A stretch of 41,747 nt of DNA, taken from positions 590,196-631,942 of the forward strand of contig NW_005434642.1 of the NCBI RefSeq assembly GCF_000315625.1, given 5' to 3'. How positions within the stretch are numbered: the first letter of the stretch is position 1; each line of letters starts with the position of its first letter. Shown here one piece after another: positions 24,060-35,503 of this stretch. The DNA is from Guillardia theta CCMP2712. Lineage: Eukaryota > Protista > Cryptophyta. The position numbers were made by a program, and so were the translations under genes. Below the pieces are notes generated by a model that was given only the letters and a program-made list of their open reading frames with translations, was not told the DNA's origin and made no database searches.

Positions 24060-24960
24060 CATCCCAGCCTGGCTCCGTGACCATAGCAAGTTAGGCCGGG
24101 CTGAAGGCCGCGCAGCCTGCCGCCGCAGAGTGGCAGTGCCCTCGGCCGCGGCGCCCCGCGCCGGCCGCGGCCCTCAGGGCCCGGCTCGGACTCCCGGCAG
24201 GCCCGGCCGGGCGGCCGGGCCGGTCAGGCCCCGGCCCCGGTCTCGCCCGCGGCGCGGCCGCAGGACTCCGGGAGCCTGCAGTGCCCAGTGACTGCCAGAC
24301 TAGCCTGGAGTGAAGGTCCTTCGATCCGACCGGACAGTGGCTGCGCCGCCGGCGGCCCGGCCCGACGCTGTCACCGTACTCACTGGTGGCGGCACGGACT
24401 GCGGCCCGCCCGGCCGCCGGTAGTTCGGAACCTCAGTGTGACTAGCTTAAGTTAGTAGTCACAGAGTCACAGACGGTGACGGCTGGCAGTGGGCCCGGCC
24501 GCCGGGCGGCGGTGAGTCATGGGCCGGGAAATCATGGCTACTAGTCACGGCGAGTCCGTGACTGACTGACGGTAAATGAACTTGGCTTGACAGTGAATGA
24601 GAATTTCAATCACGGTAGTGAGTGAAGTCACTCGAGTCCCGGGCCGACGGTCTGGCAGCGGCCGGGCGTATCACATGATTCAATGAAATGATCATTGGCA
24701 AGTCACAACTACCGTAGGCTAGTAGCGGCAGCGGCCGCGGGCGGCCGGGCCGGGCCCCGGGCCCCCGGCCCGGTGCCCGGGCCGGCATCACGGCGGTGAC
24801 TGTGTGACAGTGTCCGGGCCGGGCCCGGGGACTGGAGTCGGACGGACCGATCATCATACTTTTGAAAGCCCGGTGTTTGCCGCAGGCTGGGCGGCGGCCG
24901 GGCCCCCGGCGGGGCCCGGCGTTAGTAGCCGAAAGTTTTAACTTTGACTCTCCGAGTAAA
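24060..24960. repeat. GC-rich mosaic of short palindromic words
   Basis: Non-periodic reuse of CCGGGCCGG, GGCCGCGG, GACTCGG/CCGAGTC, GTGAC/GTCAC, CTGGCAG and ATCATG. Similar tracts occur at ~2225-2290, 6210-6305 and 40760-41110. Confidence 0.6.
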
Positions 24961-25431
24961 GAAGTGGCATGGACCCTCAGGCAGTGTGACCCCACCCCCG
25001 GAGGTCCCGTGAGACCACCCTGACCCTACTAGAAGCCCTGCAGTGAAGATTCGGTCTCAGCAGCGATACCCCCTACTCCCCGGTTACCAGCCTGTAAATG
25101 ACCCACCCCTTACCCCATCCCGACGCAACTCCAGTGAAAACCGTTGAACTGATACTGAGTACCCACCCCCCAAGTGTGAATGCGGTACTCAAGACTCCTC
25201 CCCAATCAATCCTGACCCCTCCCCCCTTCCAGTCCTAACGAGTACCCACCCCACCCTACATCATGATGTTTCCCTGAGCGGTACAGTTTTTTTAACCCTA
25301 CCCCCACCCCCATTATATCAGTGATTTTCCTGTTCCATGAAGGTACGGTACTTGGGCATTGCTGTGACCACCCACCCACCCTGCGTTCCTTGTGATCGGG
25401 GATGCACGGAGCTTCGACAGCCGAGGTGGTC

Positions 25432-28400
25432 ATGGCAGGCAACGGAGACGTCGGGAAGGAGAGCGGGAAGCTGCAGGATCGACAGATGTCCTCTCTTGTT
25501 GCCCTCCAGTCCTGCATCCGTCGCAAGATCTACAAAGAGCGGCTGCACTGCGCCAACTTAGTGGAGCGGCTTGGGCTGGAGCACGAGTTTATAACGGGGA
25601 TGCTGAAGCTGCTGAATCAAGCGATGGTCTTCGCTCTTCTTCTGATCGCTCTAGGGTTTGCGAATGATGGGCCAGCCACACGAGGCATCTACAACTACCT
25701 TACCAGCTCCTTCAACCTCCAAGAGGTGGCTACCATCCAGGTGAACTCACTCTGACCGACAATCTGGCTTCTAACAACCATCACAGTCGCGAGCCGATTT
25801 CACGCAAGCCCTCCAGTCCATCTCTTCAGAATCTCGCAAGCATTTTGTCCTCTCTTCCCAGGTCTGGCTCTCCAGTGTTACATTTCGACGATGACGGCTG
25901 TCTGCAGTACTTCGACACGCAAGATCAAGGCAACGTTCAGATATTGGGGTCTCTGCGATCTTTCACCGCTCCTGCTGTTCTCGGCAACGTGCAGCTGAGC
26001 ATCCAAGCACCCGAGGCAAGTGAGAGAGCATCAAGGAGACATGCTCACTCTCTGCACAGATCTCCTTCACAACATGGATGCGAGTCAGCGCAGACTTCAC
26101 CAGCGGGTACGTCTTTCGTAAACGGCTCGTATCGGCAGGCTCAGGATCAGATCTGGTTGGTCGCCATGATGAGGAAGTACGGGTGGTACTGAGCTCAGCC
26201 TGCAGAGCTGTTGGGGGTGGTACTTCGACCGCTTCACGGGCCCTCAATTCCGATACGGGATGCATGACACTTTTCCCATCGACATCTGGAATATCAACAA
26301 CAGGCTTCAGTGAGTTCATCGCTTGCACGAGGAGTGTAGCTCACAGACATGACTGCTTGGTAGGCAACTGGAGATTAAGCTCCCTAAACCTCGCCCAATG
26401 ATCATCGATGAGTATGCTCTGATGACTATGATAGTGACGCAGAAGGTAAGTGACAGTACAAGTACACCCGCACCCCCTGACCTTGCTTCAGGTCGTCCTG
26501 TTCTACAGGAACACAGTGCTTCTCGGCAACATTTCTCTCCCTCGGCCTCTCACAGACTGCTACAACACGGAAGGAATCTTAGTTGGCCAGGCAAACATGG
26601 AGCTGGGTCAGCTTCGCTTCTATCCAAAGAGTTTGACTGTTTCAGACATCGCGGAGATCTTCCAATACGGCATGCGCTTGTCCGACCTGTCGACGGGGTC
26701 GCAGGCATCGGATGTGAGCGAGAGCGAGAGCTTGGCAACCAAGCAGGAGATCCTTGGATCCATAGCGCAGGTTGAGTCCCTCATCGGCGATCGCCAGCAG
26801 CTACAGGACGAGGCGCTCCTGTCTCAGGTTCGTGTGACGTCAGCCAGTCAGCTGCGTCCTCTGACATCTTCCTCCTCCTCGCCAGACTGTTGACTCCGTT
26901 CCTTCTCCTGCTGTTCCATCCTACGCATCTCCGACATACCCTGCAGGGGTGACAGAGCCCAACTGCTCGCACAACGGGACGCTGACCCTATCGTGGGACT
27001 CTCTGATCAACCGATCCTATTACTCTCTCATATCAGACCCTGCGCGCCTCTCCAAGACCAGCGACACTGACGCTCGTTACCTCACCAACGTGCCCTCCTT
27101 TCATGGCACTGGCATGACTCTCAGCTTCTGGTACCGCCACATCCCCTGCCTGACCGACACCTGCGGCGTCTACGTCTTCCAGGCGGGACAGTTCCCTCCT
27201 CCCTCCGTGACCTCGCAGGGGAACGCGAGCTTCAACTCGTGGTGCTGGAGCCTGTGGATCGAGAACCAGGCCTTCTGGATTGACGGCGCCCCTAACTCAG
27301 GGTACATTCACTTCGCTGACTACGGCATTGACCCCAAGTTTGGTTTCTCCGGCGACAAGTACTGGCGGCACGTGGTGTATCAGCTGGACGAGAAGACCAA
27401 CAAGGCTCGCTTCTTCCTGGACGGCAAGTTCGCCATGGAGAAGGACTGGGGAGGAAGCATTGCCCAGGTCCTCCTTCCTTGTTCTCCTCCCTCAGCTGAC
27501 TCGCTCGCACAGGCTGACTGTCTTGGCCCCTACAAGGAGATCTCCATCGGCCACTCAGCCCCGGGCTACACCTACGGGGCTCCGATCGAGCTCTACGATG
27601 TTCGCATGTACGTTCACAGTATCAGCGGCATCCTCACCGCCCGCGACATCTGGAGGGAGTCGATCCAGTTCGCCCCTGTGCTGGGAAAGGATCACTGCTT
27701 GAATGTCTCCAGCCCCGACATGCAGGACGACGGCGTCTGGTCAGACCCCTACGGTCACGGATGCTCGTGGTACTACCAGGCGAAGCAGAGCACTCCCGCC
27801 GTCTGCTCCTCCTCCGAGGCTCAGCAAAACTGCCCCAACTCATGCGGGAGCAAGCAGGAGTGCTTCAAAGACTTCACCGCTGCCTCTCCCTTCTTCGTGT
27901 GGGACCGAACAAGGCTGATCCCTGCTCAGTCTCCTAACGGCACCATCTGCCTGGGCAGCAGCTACTCCAAGGCGAGCGTGGTGGCTGAATGCCGCAAGTG
28001 GGCGAGCGGAGCGAGCTACAAGCAGGAGCTGTTCCCCGAGTCGTGGGCGGCAAGCATGGCGACAAAAGGAACAGCCCCGAGGCGAGGGAGGCGTGTTAAC
28101 GTGACGGTCTGTGACGAGCTCGAGGCCTCGATCGATGAGTACTGCGGGTTCGAGATGAAGCCGGTGGAGGAGTTCACCAAGAAGATGCTGGCTGAGGGTG
28201 GAGACTTCACCATCTCCTTCTGGGTAAGGCCGGTGGGCACAAACTCGATGCTGGGAGACACCGGGAGGTTCTTCCCGCACCTCAACTTCTTCTCCTCCCT
28301 CTCTCCCCCGCAGGAGAACCTGGTGAGCAGGAGTCTACCAGGCGGTAGGCACTGACGCTGAGCTGTAGCTGTTCGGTCTGTGGGCCAACCCCAACGGAGA

Positions 28401-28462
28401 AGCAAGGATCAACTCCAAGTGCTACACCAATGGCTCGCGCGATTCCTACTGGAACATCGAGG
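25432..28462 (+). CDS. Large multi-exon membrane protein: IQ-like motif, TM helix, LamG/concanavalin-A-like domains and ShK-like Cys motif; 3' part missing
   Basis: VALQSCIRRKIYKERL; TM NQAMVFALLLIALGFA; LamG-type motifs ISFTTWMR, MTLSFWYR...WRHVVYQLDEKTNKARFFLDG...LYDVRMY and DFTISFWVRP; WSDPYGHGCSWY...C...CPNSC. The last clear donor is GTGAGC at ~28462, followed by a gap. Confidence 0.7.
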
Positions 28463-29149
28463 TGAGCGAGCAGGAGAAAGGCGATCGAGCTTGAGAGAAG
28501 AGAAGGCGCAAAGGGGGGAAGAGGAGGAGGAGGAGGGGGAGGGGGAGGGGGAAGATGGGGGGGACCCCGATTCGAGGGAACTGGCCAAGCGCACAGGGCC
28601 GGGGGGGAAGGCAGAATCACCCTGCAGCTGGAGGATGACGAAGCTTAAGGACAGACTTGGATGTTCCTCCTGTTATGGACGAGGATGACGGGGACAGATC
28701 CTTGGTTTCCTAGTCGAAGAGAGGGCGACCACTCCGTTCACGATTCACCTTGAGGCCCACGAGGGCAAGATGAGCCTGTCGTCCTCGGTACGCTCCTCCG
28801 AGGCGGCTTCCGCGCATCTGCTTCANNNNNNNNNNNNNNNNNNNNNNNNNNNNNNNNNNNNNNNNNNNNNNNNNNNNNNNNNNNNNNNNNNNNNNNNNNN
28901 NNNNNNNNNNNNNNNNNNNNNNNNNNNNNNNNNNNNNNNNNNNNNNNNNNNNNNNNNNNNNNNNNNNNNNNNNNNNNNNNNNNNNNNNNNNNNNNNNNNN
29001 NNNNNNNNNNNNNNNNNNNNNNNNNNNNNNNNNNNNNNNNNNNNNNNNNNNNNNNNNNNNNNNNNNNNNNNNNNNNNNNNNNNNNNNNNNNNNNNNNNNN
29101 NNNNNNNNNNNNNNNNNNNNNNNNNNNNNNNNNNNNNNNNNNNNNNNNN

Positions 29150-29799
29150 CCTGCGTCATCAATATCATTCCGCATATTTCAATCAAGCCTGATGCACACC
29201 TTCTGGGTGAGGAATGACAGTTGACACTTGTAGTAATTAGCAAGCTGCTGCAGCTGCGTCTCCATGTCCTTCTTCTGCTGCTGCAGCTCCTTCTCCATGT
29301 CCTTCTTCTGCAGCTGCAGCTCCGTCTCCATGTCCTTCTTCTGCAGCTCCTTCTCCATGTCCTTCTTCTGCAGCTCCTTCTCCATGTCCTTCTTCTGCAG
29401 CTCCAATGCAATAACATACACATTCGAGGTCGCATTCGCAGCATCAATCCCCAGCATATCGCACACCTCAGTGACATATGCTTTCCCAGAGCTTATGGCT
29501 GAGATCCGTACCCGCCCGCGAGCGGCTGAGAAGATTGGCAGTATTCTGCGTGAGGGCCTCGGACCTAAGCCCATCCTAGTAGCTGACAAGGCAGACAAGC
29601 GGGACCGCGATGCTAGTAAGTTGAGGTCCCTGACGGGAACCAGGTTTGACTGCAACCAGGCATGAGACGATTCCAATGCCGGCGGGATCCCGAAGCCATG
29701 ACAAGGGGCAACCAGAGCTGCAAAGCAAGAGAAGGCCAGGCCTAGAACCAGATATCTTGTAGGATTCATTTCATTCGTCGCCATGTGTGCATCAAGCAT
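29150..29799 (-). pseudogene. Tandem array copy 1 (5 KKDM repeats), probably frameshifted or truncated
   Basis: Near-identical to 32027-33073. One extra base before the donor (CAGAAG|GT vs CAAAG|GT) changes the intron phase. Exon 2 falls in a gap. Confidence 0.7.
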
Positions 29800-29928
29800 C
29801 TCTAAATCCTTCTCGTGCGAGAAAACTAAAAAAAACTATCCCGTCCTCAGGAGAAGATAGTAGGTGTGTCCGGTACGCTACTATCTGTACGTTGTTAGTA
29901 ACTGTAGGTTAAATTCGCGTACAGTAGG

Positions 29929-31208
29929 CTAAGTTTTACTCAAAGTTAAGTTAAAAATCAGTACGAGGACAATCAGGCTTGACCCTGACACTGTCGCACA
30001 GGCTAAACGGCGAGAAGAGAAAAGACAGCGAGAACCAAACCTAATCCTGCCGACTGCTGTCCCCCAAACTTAACTGATACCTTCACTTAACGGCGCGCAG
30101 GACAAGTCCCCCGCGCGGCCATGCCAGCGATGTCGCGGTGGCCGCCGCCGAAGGAATGAGACGCATACCGGGATGCACCCGCGATGATGGCAGCGTAGGA
30201 CAGGGAGGCCTTGAGCTGACGGAAGATCCTGGACCGAATGCGTTTGCAAGTCGGATCACCTGAGACGTCTTGCGAGGCCGAGAGACCATCCAGCGCTGCC
30301 GTTTCCTTGTTCGCCGAGCGATCCGCCAGCCACCACAGAAAGCGCAACGCATCGTCCTGCAAGAGGCCATCAGTGCTGGCGATGATGGGAAGAAAGGCCT
30401 TTGGCGGGACGTGCTGAGCATATGCATTACGATGCCCTCGGATCTTCCGCTGTGCTGCCGCTTGCAGTTTGCTCCGAGCGAGGTCCGGTATTCCATCATT
30501 GTCAAACACATGTGACATGCTGAAGTCCAGGATTAACCCATGCCATCCGCCGCCAGTAGCCATCAGTTGTGGAAGTTCAAAGTCCCCTACATGATGATCT
30601 TCCGGGCCATGTTGGGAAACGTTCTGCCTGGTGCCGGGTACGCCTTGCACGTGGACGCGGCATCTCACTCCGGAATCTTTGATGAGGGTACTGAGGACGG
30701 CATTGCACTTCTCATGCGCATCAGTCCATAACTGGCTGCGGTGCCTGCAGGTTGCCATGTGTGTGGTCCCCCCAGGATGACGGAGAAGATGATGGCATCG
30801 ATCGCAGTGCGACGGGAGGTCAACCGGCAATCCATGAAGAAACTTNNNNNNNNNNNNNNNNNNNNNNNNNNNNNNNNNNNNNNNNNNNNNNNNNNNNNNN
30901 NNNNNNNNNNNNNNNNNNNNNNNNNNNNNNNNNNNNNNNNNNNNNNNNNNNNNNNNNNNNNNNNNNNNNNNNNNNNNNNNNNNNNNNNNNNNNNNNNNNN
31001 NNNNNNNNNNNNNNNNNNNNNNNNGGCGCTCAGCTCCGTCCCTGTCAGTTGTTGGTGAACCGAGGAAACTCCGAGAGGAACTGAGCCGTGAGCTCCCGCT
31101 GGGCGGGGATGAAAAGCACACTGCCCGACGTCCCAAATAATTCAGGCGAGGGGATCCAGCCATTGTCGCACGCCTGAGGAAGCTCCGCCAAGGAGGTGTA
31201 CGCCGAGA
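29929..31208 (-). mobile_element. 5'-truncated RLE (CRE-clade-like) non-LTR retrotransposon, family B
   Basis: CDRC...H...C zinc knuckle, then AHEKCNAV, GD...LD..MSH, RK and FLP...TDG motifs; stop at 30087; short 3' UTR ending TTTGAGTAAA at 29935. The empty site CAGTAGG|AATTTC is intact at 34683/34684. Confidence 0.85.
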
Positions 31209-31563
31209 AATTTCAAAAAGTGATTCGGTACGAGCTGTACTATCCGAAAGAACGAATTTCAATTTGTTTCAAAGTAGAATGTTGTTCGGCCGCGTATGGG
31301 CTCTCATACACAATCATAGTCTAAAGTGGCGCGCCTCTGTGGTCTCTTTGTACTTTCTACTTCTGCATCTTCCTGTAGCAACAAAACTAACTCTTTACTT
31401 CCAACACACAAAACGCCGTCACGTCCTACATGTCCTTCCACTGTTTGCCTTTCTTCCTGCAGTACTGCCGCGGTACCGTACGGTAGGCGCGCAAGGCCGA
31501 CTTGGTTGGAGAGGGGCCTAGACCCCCACGGCGAGGGACAAGGAGACCCAACCGTCCCAGTTA

Positions 31564-33073
31564 TCACCTTGAATATCCGGACGAATTCGTTTGGTTTTTT
31601 GGGGGAAAATCAGCTTCCAGGGTCTCTCCCGCATTTACCGACACGACGTCGAAATAGTCTACATCCTTCTCGAAAAGCTTTGAAACCTCACCGAAAAATC
31701 TGATCTCCAATTCGCCTGCATTCGACGGTAGATACACATACTTTCCCGATGACCCGTGTATCACTTCAGAGAGCTGCCCATACAACATCGTTTTTGAATC
31801 AAACGTGGGTATCACAAGGTCCTGTGGTACCCCGATCGTTTCCCACACTTTCCGTCGAAACCTTGCGTGCTCCTCATCCTTCAAGAGCCGATTTACGGCA
31901 GTCATAGAAATATCTCCTTTCAGCATCGCATTGAGATCCTTCTTCGACAACATAGATTGAAGCGCACCATCTTCGGAATATTCAACAATCTGCACCACTT
32001 TCCTGAACAGCTTCTCAAGGATATACCTGCGTCATCAATATCATTCCGCATATTTCAATCAAGCCTGATGCACACCTTTGGGTGAGGAATGACAGTTGAC
32101 ACTTGTAGTAATTAGCAAGCTGCTGCAGCTGCGTCTCCATGTCCTTCTTCTGCTGCTGCAGCTCCTTCTCCATGTCCTTCTTCTGCAGCTGCAGCTCCTT
32201 CTCCATGTCCTTCTTCTGCAGATGCAGCTCCTTCTCCATGTCCTTCTTCTGCTGCTCCTTCTCCATGTCCTTCTTCTGCAGATCCTTCTCCATGTCCTTC
32301 TTCTGCTGCTGCAGCTCCTTCTCCATGTCCTTCTTCTGCTGCTCCTTCTCCATGTCCTTCTTCTGCAGCTCCTTTTGCATGTCCTTCTTCTGCAGCTGCA
32401 GCTCCGTCTCCATGTCCTTCTTCTGCTGCTGCAGCTCCTTCTCCATGTTCTTCTTCTGCAGCTCCTTCTCCATGTCCTTCTTCTGCTGCTCCTTCTCCAT
32501 GTCCTTCTTCTGCAGATCCTTCTCCATGTCCTTCTTCTGCAGCTGCAGCTCCTTCTCCATGTCCTTCTTCTGCAGCTGCAGATCCTTCTCCATGTCCTTC
32601 TTCTGCAGCTGCAGCTCCGTCTCCATGTCCTTCTTCTGCAGCTGCAGCTCCGTCTCCATGTCCTTCTTCTGCTGCTCCAATGCAATAACATACACATTCG
32701 AGGTCGCATTCGCAGCATCAATCCCCAGCATATCGCACACCTCAGTGACATATGCTTTCCCAGAGCTTATGGCTGAGATCCGTACCCGCCCGCGAGCGGC
32801 TGAGAAGATTGGCAGTATTCTGCGTGAGGGCCTCGGACCTAAGCCCATCCTAGTAGCTGACAAGGCAGACAAGCGGGACCGCGATGCTAGTAAGTTGAGG
32901 TCCCTGACGGGAACCAGGTTTGACTGCAACCAGGCATGAGACGATTCCAATGCCGGCGGGATCCCGAAGCCATGACAAGGGGCAACCAGAGCTGCAAACC
33001 AAGAGAAGGCCAGGCCTAGAACCAGATATCTTGTAGGATTCATTTCATTCGTCGCCATGTGTGCATCAAGCAT
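31564..33073 (-). CDS. Tandem array copy 2: intact 486-aa putative plastid-targeted protein with 18 coiled-coil KKDM repeats and a C-terminal domain of unknown function
   Basis: Exon 1 (33073-32076), a 49-nt GT-AG intron (32075-32027) and exon 2 (32026-31564) join in frame (FLTQR|YILEKLFRKVVQ). Leader: LVLGLAFSWFAALVAPCHG-F followed by an S/R-rich transit-like peptide. Confidence 0.8.
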
Positions 33074-34548
33074 CCCCCCCTCTTTATAAAGATTGATCGC
33101 GTTGGATGTATCTATGTTTGTTTGTCACGCCCTGAACTTGAATTGCAAACCTTCCACTGAATTGTTGAAATATTCAGCAGACATACTTTCAAATCTACCC
33201 ATAAGGTCAGTAAAATTTGAATTTCCAATAGTAATGTTCAGTCAACCCCAACTTCGCTTTGAATTTGTGCCGTTGAACAATCCGAGTAGTGTGCACGCAC
33301 CAGCGTCTTTCCTTCATGCTCCTCCCTCTCAAGGTATGTTCCCACTTGCATGCAAGTTTAGATGACTTCAATATGCTAATAATATTTCATGCAGATACTG
33401 CTCTAGCCGGACTATTCACATAGCCATCAGTTTTTAACGTTCATAACAGCATGCATCGTTTCGCATGCATCGCCAGGGCGACAGCATGCATCGCCAGGGC
33501 GACAGAAGTGGAAGGAAAGTAGCCACCCCCCCCGAGCCCAACCCGGAAACCTGCACGGAAACAGAAGAGGAGCGAAATCAAAATGCCATTTTGATCTTCT
33601 TTCACCTGAGGTGATGTGCATGAAGTTATGTTAGGCAATATTGCATGACACTCTTCTCAGCAACCAACTTTCGGAGGTTTGCCATTCCTCCAGATGTGAC
33701 GGTGGCAGGGAAGGCTACTTAGGTTCAGGTTCTTCCCGAATTGTGAACACTCCTCGGTAGGGACTTGATAGTTTCACTGAACTACATTACCTTACTCACT
33801 GAATTTTGGAGCAGTTTTTTAAGCAAGCAGTGGTGCTAACATGTTGAACTTGAAGTTCTGTGTATGTGATTCCGTCAGGTAACATCTCAACTTCATGTTT
33901 TTTAATCATTCTTTTGAACAGAGTTGCAGGTTGCAGAATGTTTTGGCTTCAAGAGGCTTCAAATCTCCGAATAATTGCAACCCAACCTAAAAACAGAGAG
34001 TAGTATGCTTAAATTGTTTCAAGATCGATTTCCTTCGTATGCAAGACTGCAAAGATCATGAAAGGTCAAGAGAAAATTTTCAGATTTTAGATTGATCAGC
34101 AGAGGCCTTGAGTACATTGACAAGAGTCGAGGAAAGGGACAGCAAGACAAAAAATTTTCGATCCCAGGAGCCTTGGTTTTGAAGAAAGAGTAAGATAATG
34201 TGGAGATTGAAGCTTGAGGAGTAGATGATGAAGGACACATGAGGAAGGAAGAATGATCAATTGTGTAGGGCAGGGACACAGATGCTCCTGGGTAGAGGAG
34301 ACTCAGATCAGAGATCAGTTGTTCAAGGGTCACGCGACACAGTGCATTCTCAGTTTAGACAGGTGGGTGTGAGGAAGTGTGAGACTTTTCCAAGCATCAC
34401 CTCTAAAAGCAGTCACGATCATCTCATGCGTTGTTGCTGATGAGAACATGAAACCGTGGTGTATGTTTACATCCAGCATTTCCACAACCCTCGGACTTTT
34501 GTCAAAGGGGGAAATTCTTTCCCGGGCATCGCCGGGACATACAGCTAG
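33073..34548 (+). mobile_element. Non-autonomous Helitron (1476 bp)
   Basis: A|TC...CTAG|T junctions with no TSD. Subterminal hairpin TCCCGG-gcatcg-CCGGGA (34520-34537) lies 7 nt before CTAG. The empty site AAGCA|TCTCTAA is seen in sister copies at ~29798 and ~40362. Confidence 0.9.
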
Positions 34549-35503
34549 TCTCTAATAAAATCTTTGTCGTGCGAGAAAACTAAAAAAAAACTATCCCGTC
34601 CTCAGGAGAAGATAGTAGGTGTGTCCGGTACGCTACTATCTGTACGTTGTTAGTAACTGTAGGTTAAATTCGCGTACAGTAGGAATTTCAAAAAGTGATT
34701 CGGTACGAGCTGTACTATCCGAAAGAACGAATTTCAATTTGTTTCAAAGTAGAATGTTGTTCGGCCGCGTATGGGCTCTCATACACAATCATAGTCTAAA
34801 GTGGCGCGCCTCTGTGGTCTCTTTGTACTTTCTACTTCTGCATCTTCCTGTAGCAACAACACTAACTCTTTACTTCCAACACACAAAACGCCGTCACGTC
34901 CTACATGTCCCAGTTCCACTGTTTGCCTTTCTTCCTGCAGTACTGCCGCGGTACCGTACGGTAGGCGCGCAAGGCCGACTTGGTTGGAGAGGGGCCTAGA
35001 CCCCCACGGCGAGGGACAAGGAGACCCAACCGTCCCAGTTATCACCTTGAATATCCGGACGAATTCGTTTGGTTTTTTGGGGGAAAATCAGCTTCCAGGG
35101 TCTCTCCCGCATTTACCGACACGACGTCGAAATAGTCTACATCCTTCTCGAAAAGCTTTGAAACCTCACCGAAAAATCTGATCTCCAATTCGCCTGCATT
35201 CGACGGTAGATACACATACTTTCCCGATGACCCCTGTATCACTTCAGAGAGCTGCCCATACAACATCGTTTTTGAATCAAACGTGGGTATCACAAGGTCC
35301 TGTGGTACCCCGATCGTTTCCCACACTTTCCGTCGAAACCTTGCGTGCTCCTCATCCTTCAAGAGCCGATTTACGGCCCAGTCATAGAAATATCTCCTTT
35401 CAGCATCGCATTGAGATCCTTCTTCGACAACATAGATTGCAGCGCACCATCTTCGGAATATTCAACAATCTGCACCACTTTCCTGAACAGCTTCTCAAGG
35501 ATA

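Noticed and set aside
32059-32939. Cys/Arg/Leu-rich ORFs in alternative frames
   Set aside because: Alternate readings of the KKDM coding repeat.
34437-34456. Hammerhead-like CTGATGA...GAAA
   Set aside because: The intervening GAACAT cannot form stem II, and I found no convincing stems I/III.
34670-34700. Apparent head-to-tail junction of a circular or rolling-circle element
   Set aside because: Better explained as the intact empty site of the retroelement inserted at 29929-31208.
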